Positions 8,145-18,014 are shown, numbered from the stretch's first letter. The stretch is 48,652 nucleotides of DNA from Nanobdellota archaeon (GCA_023397215.1 JAEWUG010000010.1:1-48652), one strand, 5' to 3'. Translations and numbers: made by a program. Notes: generated by a model from the letters alone, not told the origin.

Positions 8145-11100
8145 TTATTCGTATTTATTCTTTAATTCAAATTTAGTTGATAAATGTAACCCTTGTAATT
8201 CTTCCATTAATAACTTAAATGCATATGATAATTCAACTGGTTCAACTTGATTAGAATGACATAAGCTACAAACTTTTTTATTATGTATCTGGTCATCAAT
8301 AACTAAGTTACCACATCTTGAACAAACATGAACCACAACTTTATCAGAATCATATCTTTCTTTTAATAATAATGATGCACCATGACATACTAATGCTTGT
8401 TGTTCCATTTCACCAAGTCTTAAAGCACCACCACGAGATCTACCTTCAATAGGTTGTCTTGTTAATAATGCAATCTTACCACTAGCTCTAGCATGCATTT
8501 TATCAGCAACCATATATTTTAATTTCAAATAGAACATATTTCCAACATAGATTTTAATTGGAAGTCGCTTACCAGTTATTCCATGATAAAATACTTCTTT
8601 ACCACTTTCTCTAAATCCTAATTTTCTTAAATTATTTTCCAAACTATCTAATGATTCTCCTGAGAAAGGAGATGCATCAACAATTCTACCAGATAAAGCA
8701 GCAACCTTACCAGCTAATAAATCCATTAAATAACCAACAGTCATTCTAGACGGAATTCCATGAGGATTAAAAATAACATCAGGTCTAACACCTCTACTTG
8801 TAAATGGAATATCAAATTCTGGGACAATTCCACCAACAACACCTTTTTGACCATGAGGAACAGAAAATTTATCTCCTAATTCAGGAATTCTTAAATCTCT
8901 TGTTCTAACTTGAACAATTTTATTTCCTTCTTGATCTTGAGTAATAAATACAGAATCAATAACACCTTTTTCTTCTTGTCTAATTGCAGTTGAATTTTCT
9001 TTTTTAGTTTGAATAGAAATTTCTCTTGCTTCACTTAAAAATTTAGGAGGAGAAATTTTTCCAATTAAGACTTCAGCTTCATTTAATTCTGCTTCTGGGA
9101 ATACAATACCATCATCTTCTAAAAATCTATAACTCTCTTCAGTTCTATAACCACTTGTATCTTTTTCAGGAATACAAATTTCATCTTTTAAACCACCAGC
9201 ATAATTTAACTCAATTGAACTATAGGGTCTAAATCTAGAACTTCTACCAAATCCTCTATCAATTGAACCTTGATTTAAAACTACAGAGTCTTCAATATTA
9301 TATCCATCATAAGGCATAACCGCAACAACAACATTTTGACCAACAGGATTCACATCTAAATTATCATAAATAAAACTTCTAACAATTGGTTTTTGAGGAT
9401 AATGTAACATAGAAACATCAGTATCCATTCTAACTAAATAATTAGCAGCATAAATTCCTAGTCCTTGTCTATATGCTCTAGAACCACCTTTAACCATACG
9501 TGCAGGAGGATTATGATTTGCAAAAGGAATCATAGCAACACTAACACCTAAACAATCAATTTTATCAATTTCTAAATGAGTATGTTCTTTTGTTAATTCA
9601 TTTTCATCAACAGCAATGTAACAATCATCTTCTTCACTAGCATCTAAATATTCAATAACTCCTTCTCTTAATAATTCATCCCAACTCAAAATTCCCTGAC
9701 TAATTCTAATCAAATGATCTCTTGTTAATCTTGATTCTCCATTTTCTACAACAATTAAAGGTCTCAAAACTCTACCAACTTCAGTAGAAAAAAAGATAGT
9801 ATCTAATGATTTATCAAATTTAATAGATGATTCTATTGGTAAATTATTTCTTCTTCTTTCTTTTCTCATAACCTCCGCAAAATGTAAACCATCTTGTGTA
9901 ACACCTACAAAATGGCCATTATAAAAAACATCAATAATACCAGATTCTTTTGTTAAACCTGCTTGTTGCATTATTTTCATTATTTTATCTTCATCAAATT
10001 CAGCTTGAGTTGAAATTCTTGCTAATAAAGCTAAATTTTTTCTTAAACCAATTTCAGTACCTTCAGGTGTTTCAACAGGACAAAATCTTCCATAATGAGT
10101 TGGGTGAACAGTTCTTGCAGGAAAATTTTCTTGTTCACCAGGCAAATTAGAAGTAACTCTTTGTAATTGTGAAATCAAAGCAAAAGAATTATTTTTATCC
10201 ATATTTTGTGTAACACCAGTTCTTTCACCAATCCAAGAACCTGTTGCAATAGCAGATTCAATTCTTTGAGAAAATAAAGTAGATTTAGCTAAAGTTTTAA
10301 TTGAATAAAATTTTCTTCTTTTTACTGTTTTTTGTAAAGTATGTTGAATTTCTCGAAGTAAAATATTCATATTCACTCTAAATAAATCAGCTAATAAATC
10401 TCCAGAAAGTCTAACTCTTTTATTTGCATAATGATCTTTATCAGTTATAGCATCTTGTGGTTTTTCTTTAGCAATATAAAATTGTTTAATAAATTTACAA
10501 AGAGTTCTTGCTTTCTCAAGTCTAGCATCTTTATCTAAACCAATATGAGGTAAAAAATAAAAATCAATTCTTTGCTTTACTCTATCTAAAATCTCTTTAG
10601 TTGTACCTTGTAATGCATTTTTCTCAGCAATCCACATTAAAGCTTCATTTTGATTAGAAATATTTGCATGTTCATATAAATTTACAATTAAACTATCTGT
10701 TTCCTTTCCTATTAATTGAGAAATCTCTGCATCACTTGTTAAACCTAATGCTTTTAATAAAATAATTGCAGGAATATCTCTAAATCTTGAAAAAGAAATT
10801 TCTAAAATACCTTCAGCATTTTCAACTAAAGACATAGGAATTTTATAAGAACCTCTTTGTGAAAAAAGTCTTAACATTAATCTATGTTTTGCTTTGTGAA
10901 ATTCAATAAAAGTTTGGTTACTAGCTAAATCTTCAGCCATAATCATAACTCGCTCATTACCATTAATCAAAAAATAACCACCAGTATCTTTTGGATCAAT
11001 ATAATTTTCTAATAATTCTTCTTCATTTAAACCATGTAAATTACAAACATTACTCTTAACTAAAACAGGAATTCTTCCTAATTGAACTGTAGCACTTTCT

Positions 11101-11402
11101 GTTTGACCTGCAAAATTAATATTCATATCTAAATAAATTGGTGCAGAATAAGTTAAATTTCTTAATCTTGCCTCAGCAGGCGTAATTAATTTAACAGAAC
11201 CATCTGATTCAATAATATTTGGTTTTTCAACTTTGATTTTACCAAGTTTAATTTCAAAGTCTTCAGTAGGTAATGAATCAGATAATTCATTTACAATTTT
11301 TTGCATTCTTCTATCAATAAAATCATTAAAAGACAATAAATTTGATTCAACTAAAGAATGATTCTTAAAATATTCTTTAACTAATGTATGTTCTTCAACC
11401 AT
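8145..11402 (-). CDS. rpoB: DNA-directed RNA polymerase subunit B (unsplit)
   Basis: 1085 aa. 'GYNIEDSVVLNQGSIDRG', 'PHGQKGVVG', 'GEMEQQALVCHGA' and a C-terminal Zn ribbon 'CSRCG...CSLC'. Confidence 0.97.
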   Translation of the reverse strand: MVEEHTLVKEYFKNHSLVESNLLSFNDFIDRRMQKIVNELSDSLPTEDFEIKLGKIKVEKPNIIESDGSVKLITPAEARLRNLTYSAPIYLDMNINFAGQTESATVQLGRIPVLVKSNVCNLHGLNEEELLENYIDPKDTGGYFLINGNERVMIMAEDLASNQTFIEFHKAKHRLMLRLFSQRGSYKIPMSLVENAEGILEISFSRFRDIPAIILLKALGLTSDAEISQLIGKETDSLIVNLYEHANISNQNEALMWIAEKNALQGTTKEILDRVKQRIDFYFLPHIGLDKDARLEKARTLCKFIKQFYIAKEKPQDAITDKDHYANKRVRLSGDLLADLFRVNMNILLREIQHTLQKTVKRRKFYSIKTLAKSTLFSQRIESAIATGSWIGERTGVTQNMDKNNSFALISQLQRVTSNLPGEQENFPARTVHPTHYGRFCPVETPEGTEIGLRKNLALLARISTQAEFDEDKIMKIMQQAGLTKESGIIDVFYNGHFVGVTQDGLHFAEVMRKERRRNNLPIESSIKFDKSLDTIFFSTEVGRVLRPLIVVENGESRLTRDHLIRISQGILSWDELLREGVIEYLDASEEDDCYIAVDENELTKEHTHLEIDKIDCLGVSVAMIPFANHNPPARMVKGGSRAYRQGLGIYAANYLVRMDTDVSMLHYPQKPIVRSFIYDNLDVNPVGQNVVVAVMPYDGYNIEDSVVLNQGSIDRGFGRSSRFRPYSSIELNYAGGLKDEICIPEKDTSGYRTEESYRFLEDDGIVFPEAELNEAEVLIGKISPPKFLSEAREISIQTKKENSTAIRQEEKGVIDSVFITQDQEGNKIVQVRTRDLRIPELGDKFSVPHGQKGVVGGIVPEFDIPFTSRGVRPDVIFNPHGIPSRMTVGYLMDLLAGKVAALSGRIVDASPFSGESLDSLENNLRKLGFRESGKEVFYHGITGKRLPIKIYVGNMFYLKLKYMVADKMHARASGKIALLTRQPIEGRSRGGALRLGEMEQQALVCHGASLLLKERYDSDKVVVHVCSRCGNLVIDDQIHNKKVCSLCHSNQVEPVELSYAFKLLMEELQGLHLSTKFELKNKYE

Positions 11403-11596
11403 TAAGCTACAACACGATAATAAAAACCGTTCTCCCTTTTAATTTCAATAACATCACCTTTATTACATCCTTCTGGTAATGCAGGATCACTTGAAGAAAT
11501 AATAGGTAATTGAGTTAAACCAATATTATATTTATCTAAAACTTTCTTAGCCTCTTCTTGAGTCAGTCTTTTGTGGGGTGGTTGTAAGATATGCAT
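11402..11596 (-). CDS. rpoH: DNA-directed RNA polymerase subunit H (Rpo5)
   Basis: 64 aa. 'LTQEEAKKVLDKYNI...QLPIISSSDPA...GDVIEIKR...YYRVV'. 1-nt overlap with rpoB. Confidence 0.85.
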   Translation of the reverse strand: MHILQPPHKRLTQEEAKKVLDKYNIGLTQLPIISSSDPALPEGCNKGDVIEIKRENGFYYRVVA

Positions 11597-11624
11597 TTTT
11601 GAATATTAGAATATTTTCTTTTAC

Positions 11625-11632
11625 TTTAAAAA
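11625..11632 (-). promoter_or_regulatory. TATA box (TTTTTAAA) for the rpoH-rpoB-rpoA operon
   Basis: 29 nt upstream of the rpoH ATG at 11596. It is the first A/T box upstream of the operon. Confidence 0.4.
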
Positions 11633-11703
11633 TGAAAAAAACTGGGTTTAAAAACCTTTTGTTTTTAATCCCTTAATGTTTTTTCATTAAATATATTCTT
11701 TTA

Positions 11704-11778
11704 TGGCCTCGACGGGATTTGAACCCGCGACACCTGGGTTAAAAGCCCAGTGCTCTAGCCAAACTGAGCTACGAGGCC
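11704..11778 (-). tRNA. tRNA-Lys: tRNA-Lys (anticodon UUU), 75 nt, no encoded CCA, no intron
   Basis: This is the only GC-rich island outside coding sequence. The reverse complement folds as GGCCTCG/TA/GCTC-AGTTTGGCTA-GAGC/A/CTGGG-CTTTTAA-CCCAG/GTGTC/GCGGG-TTCAAAT-CCCGT/CGAGGCC/A. Confidence 0.9.
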
Positions 11779-11828
11779 GAATATAATATTATAAGAATAA
11801 TTTTAATTTAAAAATGTTTGCTTCAAAT

Positions 11829-12830
11829 TTACTTAAACAAAAATTGTCTTGTTTTTACGCCTGCTTGTTTAAATAGCCTTATAGCAGCTTTAACACCGTC
11901 ACTATCCTTGTATTTATTATCAAGATAAATAACTTCTATAATACCAGCTTGGATAATTAATTTAGCACATTCATTACAAGGAAATAGAGTAACATACATT
12001 TTACAATTTTTAGTTTCTCTTGTAGAATTTAAAATAGCATTAGGTTCAGCATGAACAACATAAGCATATTTAGTCTCTAAAAATTTTCCTTCTCTTTCCA
12101 TAGGTAATTTTGTGTCATCACATTTCTTTGGAAAACCATTATATCCCAAGCCTATAACTCTTTTATCATTATCTACAATACATGCCCCTACTTTTGTAGA
12201 AGGATCTTTACTTTTTTGAGCTGCAACTTGTGCAAATGTCATAAAATATTCATCCCAAGTTAAAGGAGGAATTAATATTTTAATATCTTGATATAACTGT
12301 TCAATCTTTTCTTTAATCTCATTTAAATCTCCTTCATTTAATAAGATAAATTTAGCTAGCTTCATACATTTACCAACACCTTGTCCTGACTCTTTTTCTC
12401 CAATACCTTTATCTTTTTTATCCACTTTCAAAAATTCTTCCCAAGTAATTGGATCACTTTCTCTATTTCTCGAAATCATTCTTTCAAAACGAATTTTAGG
12501 ATTAGCATCAACTGCAACTAAAAAAAAATCTTTTAATTGATTTAACTCTTCAATTTCAGCAGGATTTCTAATACCATCAACAATAGCTTTTTTATATTCT
12601 TGATTTTTTATTTTTTTAATAACCAATTTTGCTAAAACACCACTTCCACTTTCTTCTCTAAGTTTATTTCCTAAATTTTGCAAATTTTCTCGTGTAATTT
12701 CAATTTTTCGCTCTTTTGCAATTTGTCTTAATTCATCCGATAATGATAAATAAACAAAACCTTTTTCTTTAAAATAATCACTAACAACACCCTTACCTGC
12801 AGCTAAACTTCCTGTTAAACCAATTATCAT
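11829..12830 (-). CDS. fusion protein: N-terminal P-loop nucleotide-kinase-like domain plus C-terminal dCMP deaminase (ComEB type)
   Basis: Walker A '[12 protein letters not shown]' at the N-terminus. The C-terminus has the zinc deaminase motifs 'VHAEPNAI' and '[14 protein letters not shown]'. The track start at 12851 is GTG. The ATG at 12830 has a TATA box 22 nt upstream. Confidence 0.85.
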   Translation of the reverse strand: MIIGLTGSLAAGKGVVSDYFKEKGFVYLSLSDELRQIAKERKIEITRENLQNLGNKLREESGSGVLAKLVIKKIKNQEYKKAIVDGIRNPAEIEELNQLKDFFLVAVDANPKIRFERMISRNRESDPITWEEFLKVDKKDKGIGEKESGQGVGKCMKLAKFILLNEGDLNEIKEKIEQLYQDIKILIPPLTWDEYFMTFAQVAAQKSKDPSTKVGACIVDNDKRVIGLGYNGFPKKCDDTKLPMEREGKFLETKYAYVVHAEPNAILNSTRETKNCKMYVTLFPCNECAKLIIQAGIIEVIYLDNKYKDSDGVKAAIRLFKQAGVKTRQFLFK

Positions 12831-12851
12831 AAAAAGATTAGAAAAAATCAC

Positions 12852-12859
12852 TTTATAAA
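12852..12859 (-). promoter_or_regulatory. TATA box (TTTATAAA) for the kinase-dCMP deaminase gene
   Basis: 22 nt from the ATG at 12830. Confidence 0.45.
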
Positions 12860-12885
12860 AAAAATTAAACTCTATTATATATTAT

Positions 12886-13311
12886 TTACAATCCAGTTGA
12901 ACCAAAACCACCATCTCCTCGAACAGTATTACTTAGTTCATTAACTTCTTCAAATTCTGCTCTTTCAACTGGTTGAATTAATAATTGTGCTATTTTTTGA
13001 TTTTTCTTAATAACTAAATCATCATAACCCGTATTCAAAATAATTACAGCATATTCTCCCCGATAATTAGAATCAATGACCCCCCCTAAGATTGCAAGCC
13101 CTTTATTTAAAGCAAGACCACTTTTTCCTTTAATTAAAGCAACATAACCTTTTGAGAATTCCATAGAAAAACCCAATGGGACTAATATTCTCTGGTTTTG
13201 TTCTAAGCAAATATTCATAGTAGAATATAAATCCATACCAGCATCTTCTTCATGAACATAATGGGGTAAAATTATATCATCTCTTAATCTTTTTATTTTA
13301 ACTTTAACCAT
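12886..13311 (-). CDS. dut: dUTP diphosphatase (trimeric Dut type)
   Basis: 'DAGMDLYS', 'GKSGLALNKGL', 'GVIDSNYRGE' and the C-terminal 'RGDGGFGSTG' motifs. Confidence 0.93.
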   Translation of the reverse strand: MVKVKIKRLRDDIILPHYVHEEDAGMDLYSTMNICLEQNQRILVPLGFSMEFSKGYVALIKGKSGLALNKGLAILGGVIDSNYRGEYAVIILNTGYDDLVIKKNQKIAQLLIQPVERAEFEEVNELSNTVRGDGGFGSTGL

Positions 13312-13333
13312 AAAAAAGAAATTAATTCTATAG

Positions 13334-13341
13334 TTTAAAAA
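13334..13341 (-). promoter_or_regulatory. TATA box (TTTTTAAA) for dut
   Basis: 23 nt from the ATG at 13311. Divergent partner of the box at 13365. Confidence 0.45.
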
Positions 13342-13364
13342 GTATCCTAAAAAATCACAAAAAC

Positions 13365-13372
13365 TTATAAAG
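13365..13372 (+). promoter_or_regulatory. TATA box (TTATAAAG) for the PC4-like gene
   Basis: 21 nt from the ATG at 13393. Confidence 0.45.
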
Positions 13373-13392
13373 CCAAGTTAAATATTTAATTT

Positions 13393-13683
13393 ATGGAAAA
13401 AGATATTGGAAGAATACAAAAAAATCCAGAAACAGATATTTTAATTAGAATAGATGACTTTGGTGGAAAAACAGGTTTAACAATTAGAGAATTTGTTCAA
13501 AGTCAAAAGTATACTGGTTTCACAAAAGCAGGAACAAGAATTCCAGCAGATAAATTTGAAGATTTCAAAAAATTGATTAATTCAATAAATTCAGAAGACT
13601 TAAAGAATTCAGAACAAGAAACATTAAATCAAACAAAGATACAAGATAATAATTCTGGAATCAACGAAGAAGGATATTTATAA
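13393..13683 (+). CDS. PC4/Sub1-like (YdbC-like) putative ssDNA-binding protein
   Basis: 'ILIRIDDFGGKTGLTIREFVQSQKYTGFTKAGTRIPADKFEDFKKLINSI' follows the PC4 C-terminal domain pattern (xxVRxFxGKxxIDIREyw...KGIsLxxeqwxxL). Recognised by eye only. Confidence 0.55.
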   Translation: MEKDIGRIQKNPETDILIRIDDFGGKTGLTIREFVQSQKYTGFTKAGTRIPADKFEDFKKLINSINSEDLKNSEQETLNQTKIQDNNSGINEEGYL

Positions 13684-13700
13684 TTTTAGAAACAATAACT

Positions 13701-13708
13701 TTTATATA
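13701..13708 (+). promoter_or_regulatory. TATA box (TTTATATA) for acdA
   Basis: 22 nt from the ATG at 13730. Confidence 0.5.
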
Positions 13709-13729
13709 CAAATCAAACATTTATTTTCT

Positions 13730-15040
13730 ATGAAAGAGGTTATAAAAAATATATTTGATGCTAAAACATATGCTGTTATTGGTGTAAGTAGAAATGAAAA
13801 AAAAGTAGGTCATATTATTTTTAAAAATTTATTAAATTCTCACAAAAAAATAATTGGAATAAACCCTAATACAAAAAAAATACTCAATCAAGAAATTTTT
13901 TCAGATTTAATTGAAACACCTTATAATATAGATGTAATAATTATTGCTAGCCCTCCAAAAACAATACCTTTAATATTAAGACAAGCAGGAAAAAGAAAAA
14001 TAAAATATGCTATTATTATTTCAGCTGGATTCTCAGAGAGTAATAATAAAGAATTAGAAGAACATATTAAAAGAGTTGCAATAGAAGAAAATATAAGAAT
14101 ATTAGGACCAAATTCTTTTGGAATAATAGACACTTATCAAAATCTAAATACAACATTTTATTCTGGAAATTTAAACAGAGGAAATATAGGTTTTATTTCT
14201 CAATCAGGAGCAATAGCTTCAGCAATGTTAGATAAAATAAATTCTTTTTCCAAATTTATATCACTAGGAAATTCAATAGATATAAATTTTAATAACTTAA
14301 TTGATTATCTTATTTATGACGATAAAACAAAGATAATTTGTCTTTATGTAGAAAGTTTACAAAAAAATAGTGGAAGAGAATTTATTGAAATTTGTAAAAA
14401 GTCAAAAAAACCTATTATTGTCTTAAAAGGAGGTAATTCAAAATCAGGACAGGATGCAGCCAAATCACACACTGCAGCTCTTGCAACAGATTCAGAGATT
14501 TATAAAGGAGCATTTAAACAAGCAAGATTAATTCAAGTAGATTCAGTAACAGAGCTTTTTGATGTTGCAAGAATATTAGAAAAATTTCAAAGGATTAACA
14601 AGAATACAACAATAATAACAAATGCAGGAGGATTTGGTGTTTTATCTGCAGATTATTGTGAAAGATATAATATCCCATTAACAAAACTATCTCAAAAGAC
14701 AATAGAATCATTAAATAAAATATTACCTTCTAATTGGTCAAAGAATAATCCAATAGACATTATTGGAGATGCAATACCAGAAGACTATAAGAAAGTATTA
14801 GAGATTATTGAAAAAGATAAAGAAACAGAAAATATTATTTTGATTTTAACACCACAACATACAAGTCAACCAGAAAAAGTCGCAAAAATTTTAAACACAA
14901 TAAAAAAACCATTATTTACTTGTTTTATTGGAGGAGAAAAAATAAATGAAGCAAAAAAAATATTAAACCAAAATAAAATAATCAATTATTCAGAACCTGA
15001 ATATTTATGTAAAACACTAAGTAAAATAATTAGATCTTAA
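13730..15040 (+). CDS. acdA: acetyl-CoA synthetase (ADP-forming), alpha subunit (CoA-binding/ligase-CoA domains)
   Basis: 'YAVIGVSRNEKKVGH', 'GPNSFGII', 'FISQSGAIASA' and 'AAKSHTAALA' (catalytic His loop). Confidence 0.85.
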   Translation: MKEVIKNIFDAKTYAVIGVSRNEKKVGHIIFKNLLNSHKKIIGINPNTKKILNQEIFSDLIETPYNIDVIIIASPPKTIPLILRQAGKRKIKYAIIISAGFSESNNKELEEHIKRVAIEENIRILGPNSFGIIDTYQNLNTTFYSGNLNRGNIGFISQSGAIASAMLDKINSFSKFISLGNSIDINFNNLIDYLIYDDKTKIICLYVESLQKNSGREFIEICKKSKKPIIVLKGGNSKSGQDAAKSHTAALATDSEIYKGAFKQARLIQVDSVTELFDVARILEKFQRINKNTTIITNAGGFGVLSADYCERYNIPLTKLSQKTIESLNKILPSNWSKNNPIDIIGDAIPEDYKKVLEIIEKDKETENIILILTPQHTSQPEKVAKILNTIKKPLFTCFIGGEKINEAKKILNQNKIINYSEPEYLCKTLSKIIRS

Positions 15041-15593
15041 TTCTAGCATCAACAATAAATGGCCCTTTATTAGATAAAATTATTGGATTTAAATCCATTT
15101 CTTTAATATTAACCTTTTCAACTAAAAAACAAATCATTTCAATAAAACTAATTAATTTTTCTTTATGAATATAATTTCTTAAGATGTTTTCATTAAATTC
15201 ACTTAAAGCATTACTTATTTCACTTCTATTTAATTTTAAAATTCTAAAAATTAAATTTTCTTTAGAAAGATTTTTTCCACCAAACCCAAGCATCAAAACA
15301 AATCCAAAAACATCGTCTTTTTTTATACCTAAAATTAATTCAGTTCCTTTAATTTCTTCTTGAATTATAATTTTATTATTGAATTTATTTTTTAAAAGAT
15401 TATAATTCTCTTTAGCTTTTTCTAAATTTTCACAAAATAAAACTCCTCCCAAGCTTAATTTGTGTTTCTCTGAATCTATTTTCATATAATAAGGAAAATT
15501 TAAATTATTTAAATCAGAAACAGATTCAATAATAGAATATTTAGCAATATTAAAATCTTCTAATATTTTAAAAGAACTAATTAATCCCTCCAT
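15030..15593 (-). CDS. acdB: acetyl-CoA synthetase (ADP-forming), beta subunit (ATP-grasp), short form
   Basis: 'PYYMKIDSEKHKLSLGGV' (HKSDxGGV-like), 'LGFGG' and the C-terminal 'EMDLNPI...VDARIKI'. The 3' end overlaps acdA by 11 nt. Confidence 0.75.
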   Translation of the reverse strand: MEGLISSFKILEDFNIAKYSIIESVSDLNNLNFPYYMKIDSEKHKLSLGGVLFCENLEKAKENYNLLKNKFNNKIIIQEEIKGTELILGIKKDDVFGFVLMLGFGGKNLSKENLIFRILKLNRSEISNALSEFNENILRNYIHKEKLISFIEMICFLVEKVNIKEMDLNPIILSNKGPFIVDARIKI

Positions 15594-15674
15594 CTTTTAT
15601 CTTATTAAGATAATTAATCATCCTTTATTAAAGTTTAGTTAATTTAAATAATAAAAATAAAGTTTACCAACACA

Positions 15675-15710
15675 TTTATATAATTAAAATAAATTAAGAT
15701 ATAGAGGTGA
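15675..15710 (+). promoter_or_regulatory. TATA box (TTTATATA, 15675-15682) plus Shine-Dalgarno-like GAGGTGA (15704-15710) for the oxidoreductase operon
   Basis: The TATA box is 31 nt from the ATG at 15713. This is further than at the leaderless-looking genes and fits a short SD-bearing leader. Confidence 0.45.
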
Positions 15711-15712
15711 AA

Positions 15713-17221
15713 ATGAGATTAAATATTTTAATAGGTGGCTCTGCAGGACAAGGAATTAATAAAATTTCTCAAATTATTTCAGAAGTTTTAACTTCATATG
15801 GATATTATACTTTTAATTATAGAGATTATCAAAGTCTAATTAGAGGTGGACATAATTTTAATATATTATGTATCAGTAATCAAAAAATTCAAAGTAACGA
15901 CGAAAAGATAGATTTTCTAATTGCATTAGATAAAAATACATTAAATTTGCATAAAAATAAATTAAAAGAAAAAGCAATTATTCTAGAAAGTGATAAATTT
16001 TTAGAATTAAAAAAAGATATGAATCTTGCATTAGCTGGTTCTTTAATAAAGATATTAGGTATACCTGAATCATACCTAATTAAAGAAATAAAAAAACATT
16101 TTAATAATATTAATTCAATAAATGCTGCTAAACAAGGGTATACTTATCAAAAAGAGAAATATAATTTAAAAAGATTAAATAATAAACCAAAGATTATCTC
16201 AGGAAGTCGTGCTATTGCTATTGGAGCAAAAAATTCAAAATTAGATTTTTATTTTGCTTATCCAATGACACCGGCAACAGGGGTAACAAATGAAATTTGT
16301 TTAATGAATGATAAAAAGTTAAAATTCTTTCAACCTGAAAATGAAATTGCAGTCGCAAATATTGCTCTAGGAGCTAGTTTTGCAGGGAAAAAAGTAATGA
16401 TTGGTTCTAGTGGAGGAGGAATTGATTTAATGGGCGAAGCAATTAGTATGCAAGGAATAAGTGAAATTCCATTAACAGTTTATTTAGCTTCTCGTCCAGG
16501 ACCTGCAACAGGAGTACCAACTTATACATCTCAATCAGACCTAAATTTAGCATTAAACATAGGACATGGAGAATTTACAAGAATTGTCGCAGCACCTGGA
16601 GACCCAATACAAGCAATTGAATTAACAAATCAATTAATTTATTTAGCTGAAAAATATAATTCATTATCAATAATCTTATCTGACAAACACTTAGCAGAAA
16701 GTGAATTTTCTTTAAAATTAAACTATAAAAAACCATTAATAGTTTCTAAACATTTCCCAAACCAAATAACAAAAAAATCAAGTTATGAAACAAATGAATT
16801 TGGAAATTCAACAGAAGAGAAAAATCAAATTATTAAAAATATAAACCAAAGGTTAGCAAAAGAAAAAGATATTGAAAATCAAGTAAAAAATTTTAAAACA
16901 TATGAAATTTATGGAAAAAAAAGTTCTAAAAATTTAATAATAGGATGGGGTTCAACTAAAGGAGCAATAATCGATGCAATAGAAGATATAGATGCTAAAT
17001 TTTTACAAATATTGTATCTAAATCCATTCCCAAAAAGTATTAAAAAAGAATTACAAAACTCAAAAAAGATAATTATTATTGAAAACAATGCAACATCTCA
17101 ATTAAGAGAACTAATCAAACAAAAAATACAAATAAATATTGAAAACAGAATTCTAAAATATGACGGAAGACCTTTTTTTACTGATGAATTAAATAAAAAG
17201 ATTAAGGAAATTATAAAATGA
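15713..17221 (+). CDS. 2-oxoacid:ferredoxin oxidoreductase, fused gamma-alpha subunit
   Basis: N-terminal gamma-type 'GGSAGQGINK...IRGGHN', then alpha-type 'AYPMTPATG'. The track start at 15707 is GTG. The ATG at 15713 is preceded by the SD-like GAGGTGA. Confidence 0.85.
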   Translation: MRLNILIGGSAGQGINKISQIISEVLTSYGYYTFNYRDYQSLIRGGHNFNILCISNQKIQSNDEKIDFLIALDKNTLNLHKNKLKEKAIILESDKFLELKKDMNLALAGSLIKILGIPESYLIKEIKKHFNNINSINAAKQGYTYQKEKYNLKRLNNKPKIISGSRAIAIGAKNSKLDFYFAYPMTPATGVTNEICLMNDKKLKFFQPENEIAVANIALGASFAGKKVMIGSSGGGIDLMGEAISMQGISEIPLTVYLASRPGPATGVPTYTSQSDLNLALNIGHGEFTRIVAAPGDPIQAIELTNQLIYLAEKYNSLSIILSDKHLAESEFSLKLNYKKPLIVSKHFPNQITKKSSYETNEFGNSTEEKNQIIKNINQRLAKEKDIENQVKNFKTYEIYGKKSSKNLIIGWGSTKGAIIDAIEDIDAKFLQILYLNPFPKSIKKELQNSKKIIIIENNATSQLRELIKQKIQINIENRILKYDGRPFFTDELNKKIKEIIK

Positions 17222-18009
17222 ATACAAAAGATAAAATAAAAACAAATGAACCAATAACATGGTGTCCAGGTTGTCCTAATTTTTTAATATTAGAAGCAAT
17301 CAAACAAACAATTACAAACCTAATAGAAAAAGAAAAAATAAATCAAAAAGATTTTGCCATGACAACAGACATTGGTTGTAATTCAAAAATATTTGATTAT
17401 CTAAACTTAAGTGGAATCTATGGTCTTCATGGTAGAGCACTCCCAACAGCATTTGGAATAAAATTAGCAAATCCAAAATTAAATGTATTAAGTTTTGCAG
17501 GAGATGGAGCAATTTATTCAGAAGGAATCTCTCACCTTATTCATGCATTTAGATATAATCAAGATATGACATTATTTGTACACAACAATCAAAACTTCTC
17601 ACTTACAACAGGACAATCAACACCCACTTCTCAAAAAGGATATATTATACGAGGGGAAAATAAAATAGAAGAAAATAATCCCATTAACCCAATCAAATTA
17701 GCCTTAGCATCAAATGCAACATTTATTGCAAGAACAAATGCAAAAGATATACCCCATATGGTTGAAATATTTACTAAAGCAATAAAACATAAGGGATTTA
17801 GTTATGTAGAAATAATGCAAGACTGTCTTATTTTTAATAAAGATGTAAACAATAAAGACAAATTAATGTATAAAATAAAAGATAATTATGATTACAAAAA
17901 AGCAATTTCACTTGCTGAAGAATTTGATTATAATTCAAAAAATAAAAAAATACCCCTAGGAATTATTTATCAAAAAAAAGAACCAACATTTTTAGAAAAA
18001 TTTAAATAG
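17218..18009 (+). CDS. 2-oxoacid:ferredoxin oxidoreductase, beta (TPP-binding) subunit
   Basis: 'WCPGCPNF', 'TDIGC' and 'GDGA...N' TPP motifs. ATGA start/stop overlap with the alpha gene. Confidence 0.9.
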   Translation: MNTKDKIKTNEPITWCPGCPNFLILEAIKQTITNLIEKEKINQKDFAMTTDIGCNSKIFDYLNLSGIYGLHGRALPTAFGIKLANPKLNVLSFAGDGAIYSEGISHLIHAFRYNQDMTLFVHNNQNFSLTTGQSTPTSQKGYIIRGENKIEENNPINPIKLALASNATFIARTNAKDIPHMVEIFTKAIKHKGFSYVEIMQDCLIFNKDVNNKDKLMYKIKDNYDYKKAISLAEEFDYNSKNKKIPLGIIYQKKEPTFLEKFK

Positions 18010-18014
18010 ACTTC

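Noticed and set aside
11829-12851. N-terminal extensions given by the ORF track for several genes: 1786, 12851, 15707, 19134, 19665, 21504, 25471, 28250, 31086 and 34277.
   Set aside because: These starts are GTG or TTG codons. In each case an ATG a few codons downstream has a correctly spaced TATA box or SD, or removes an implausible overlap, so the shorter models were used.
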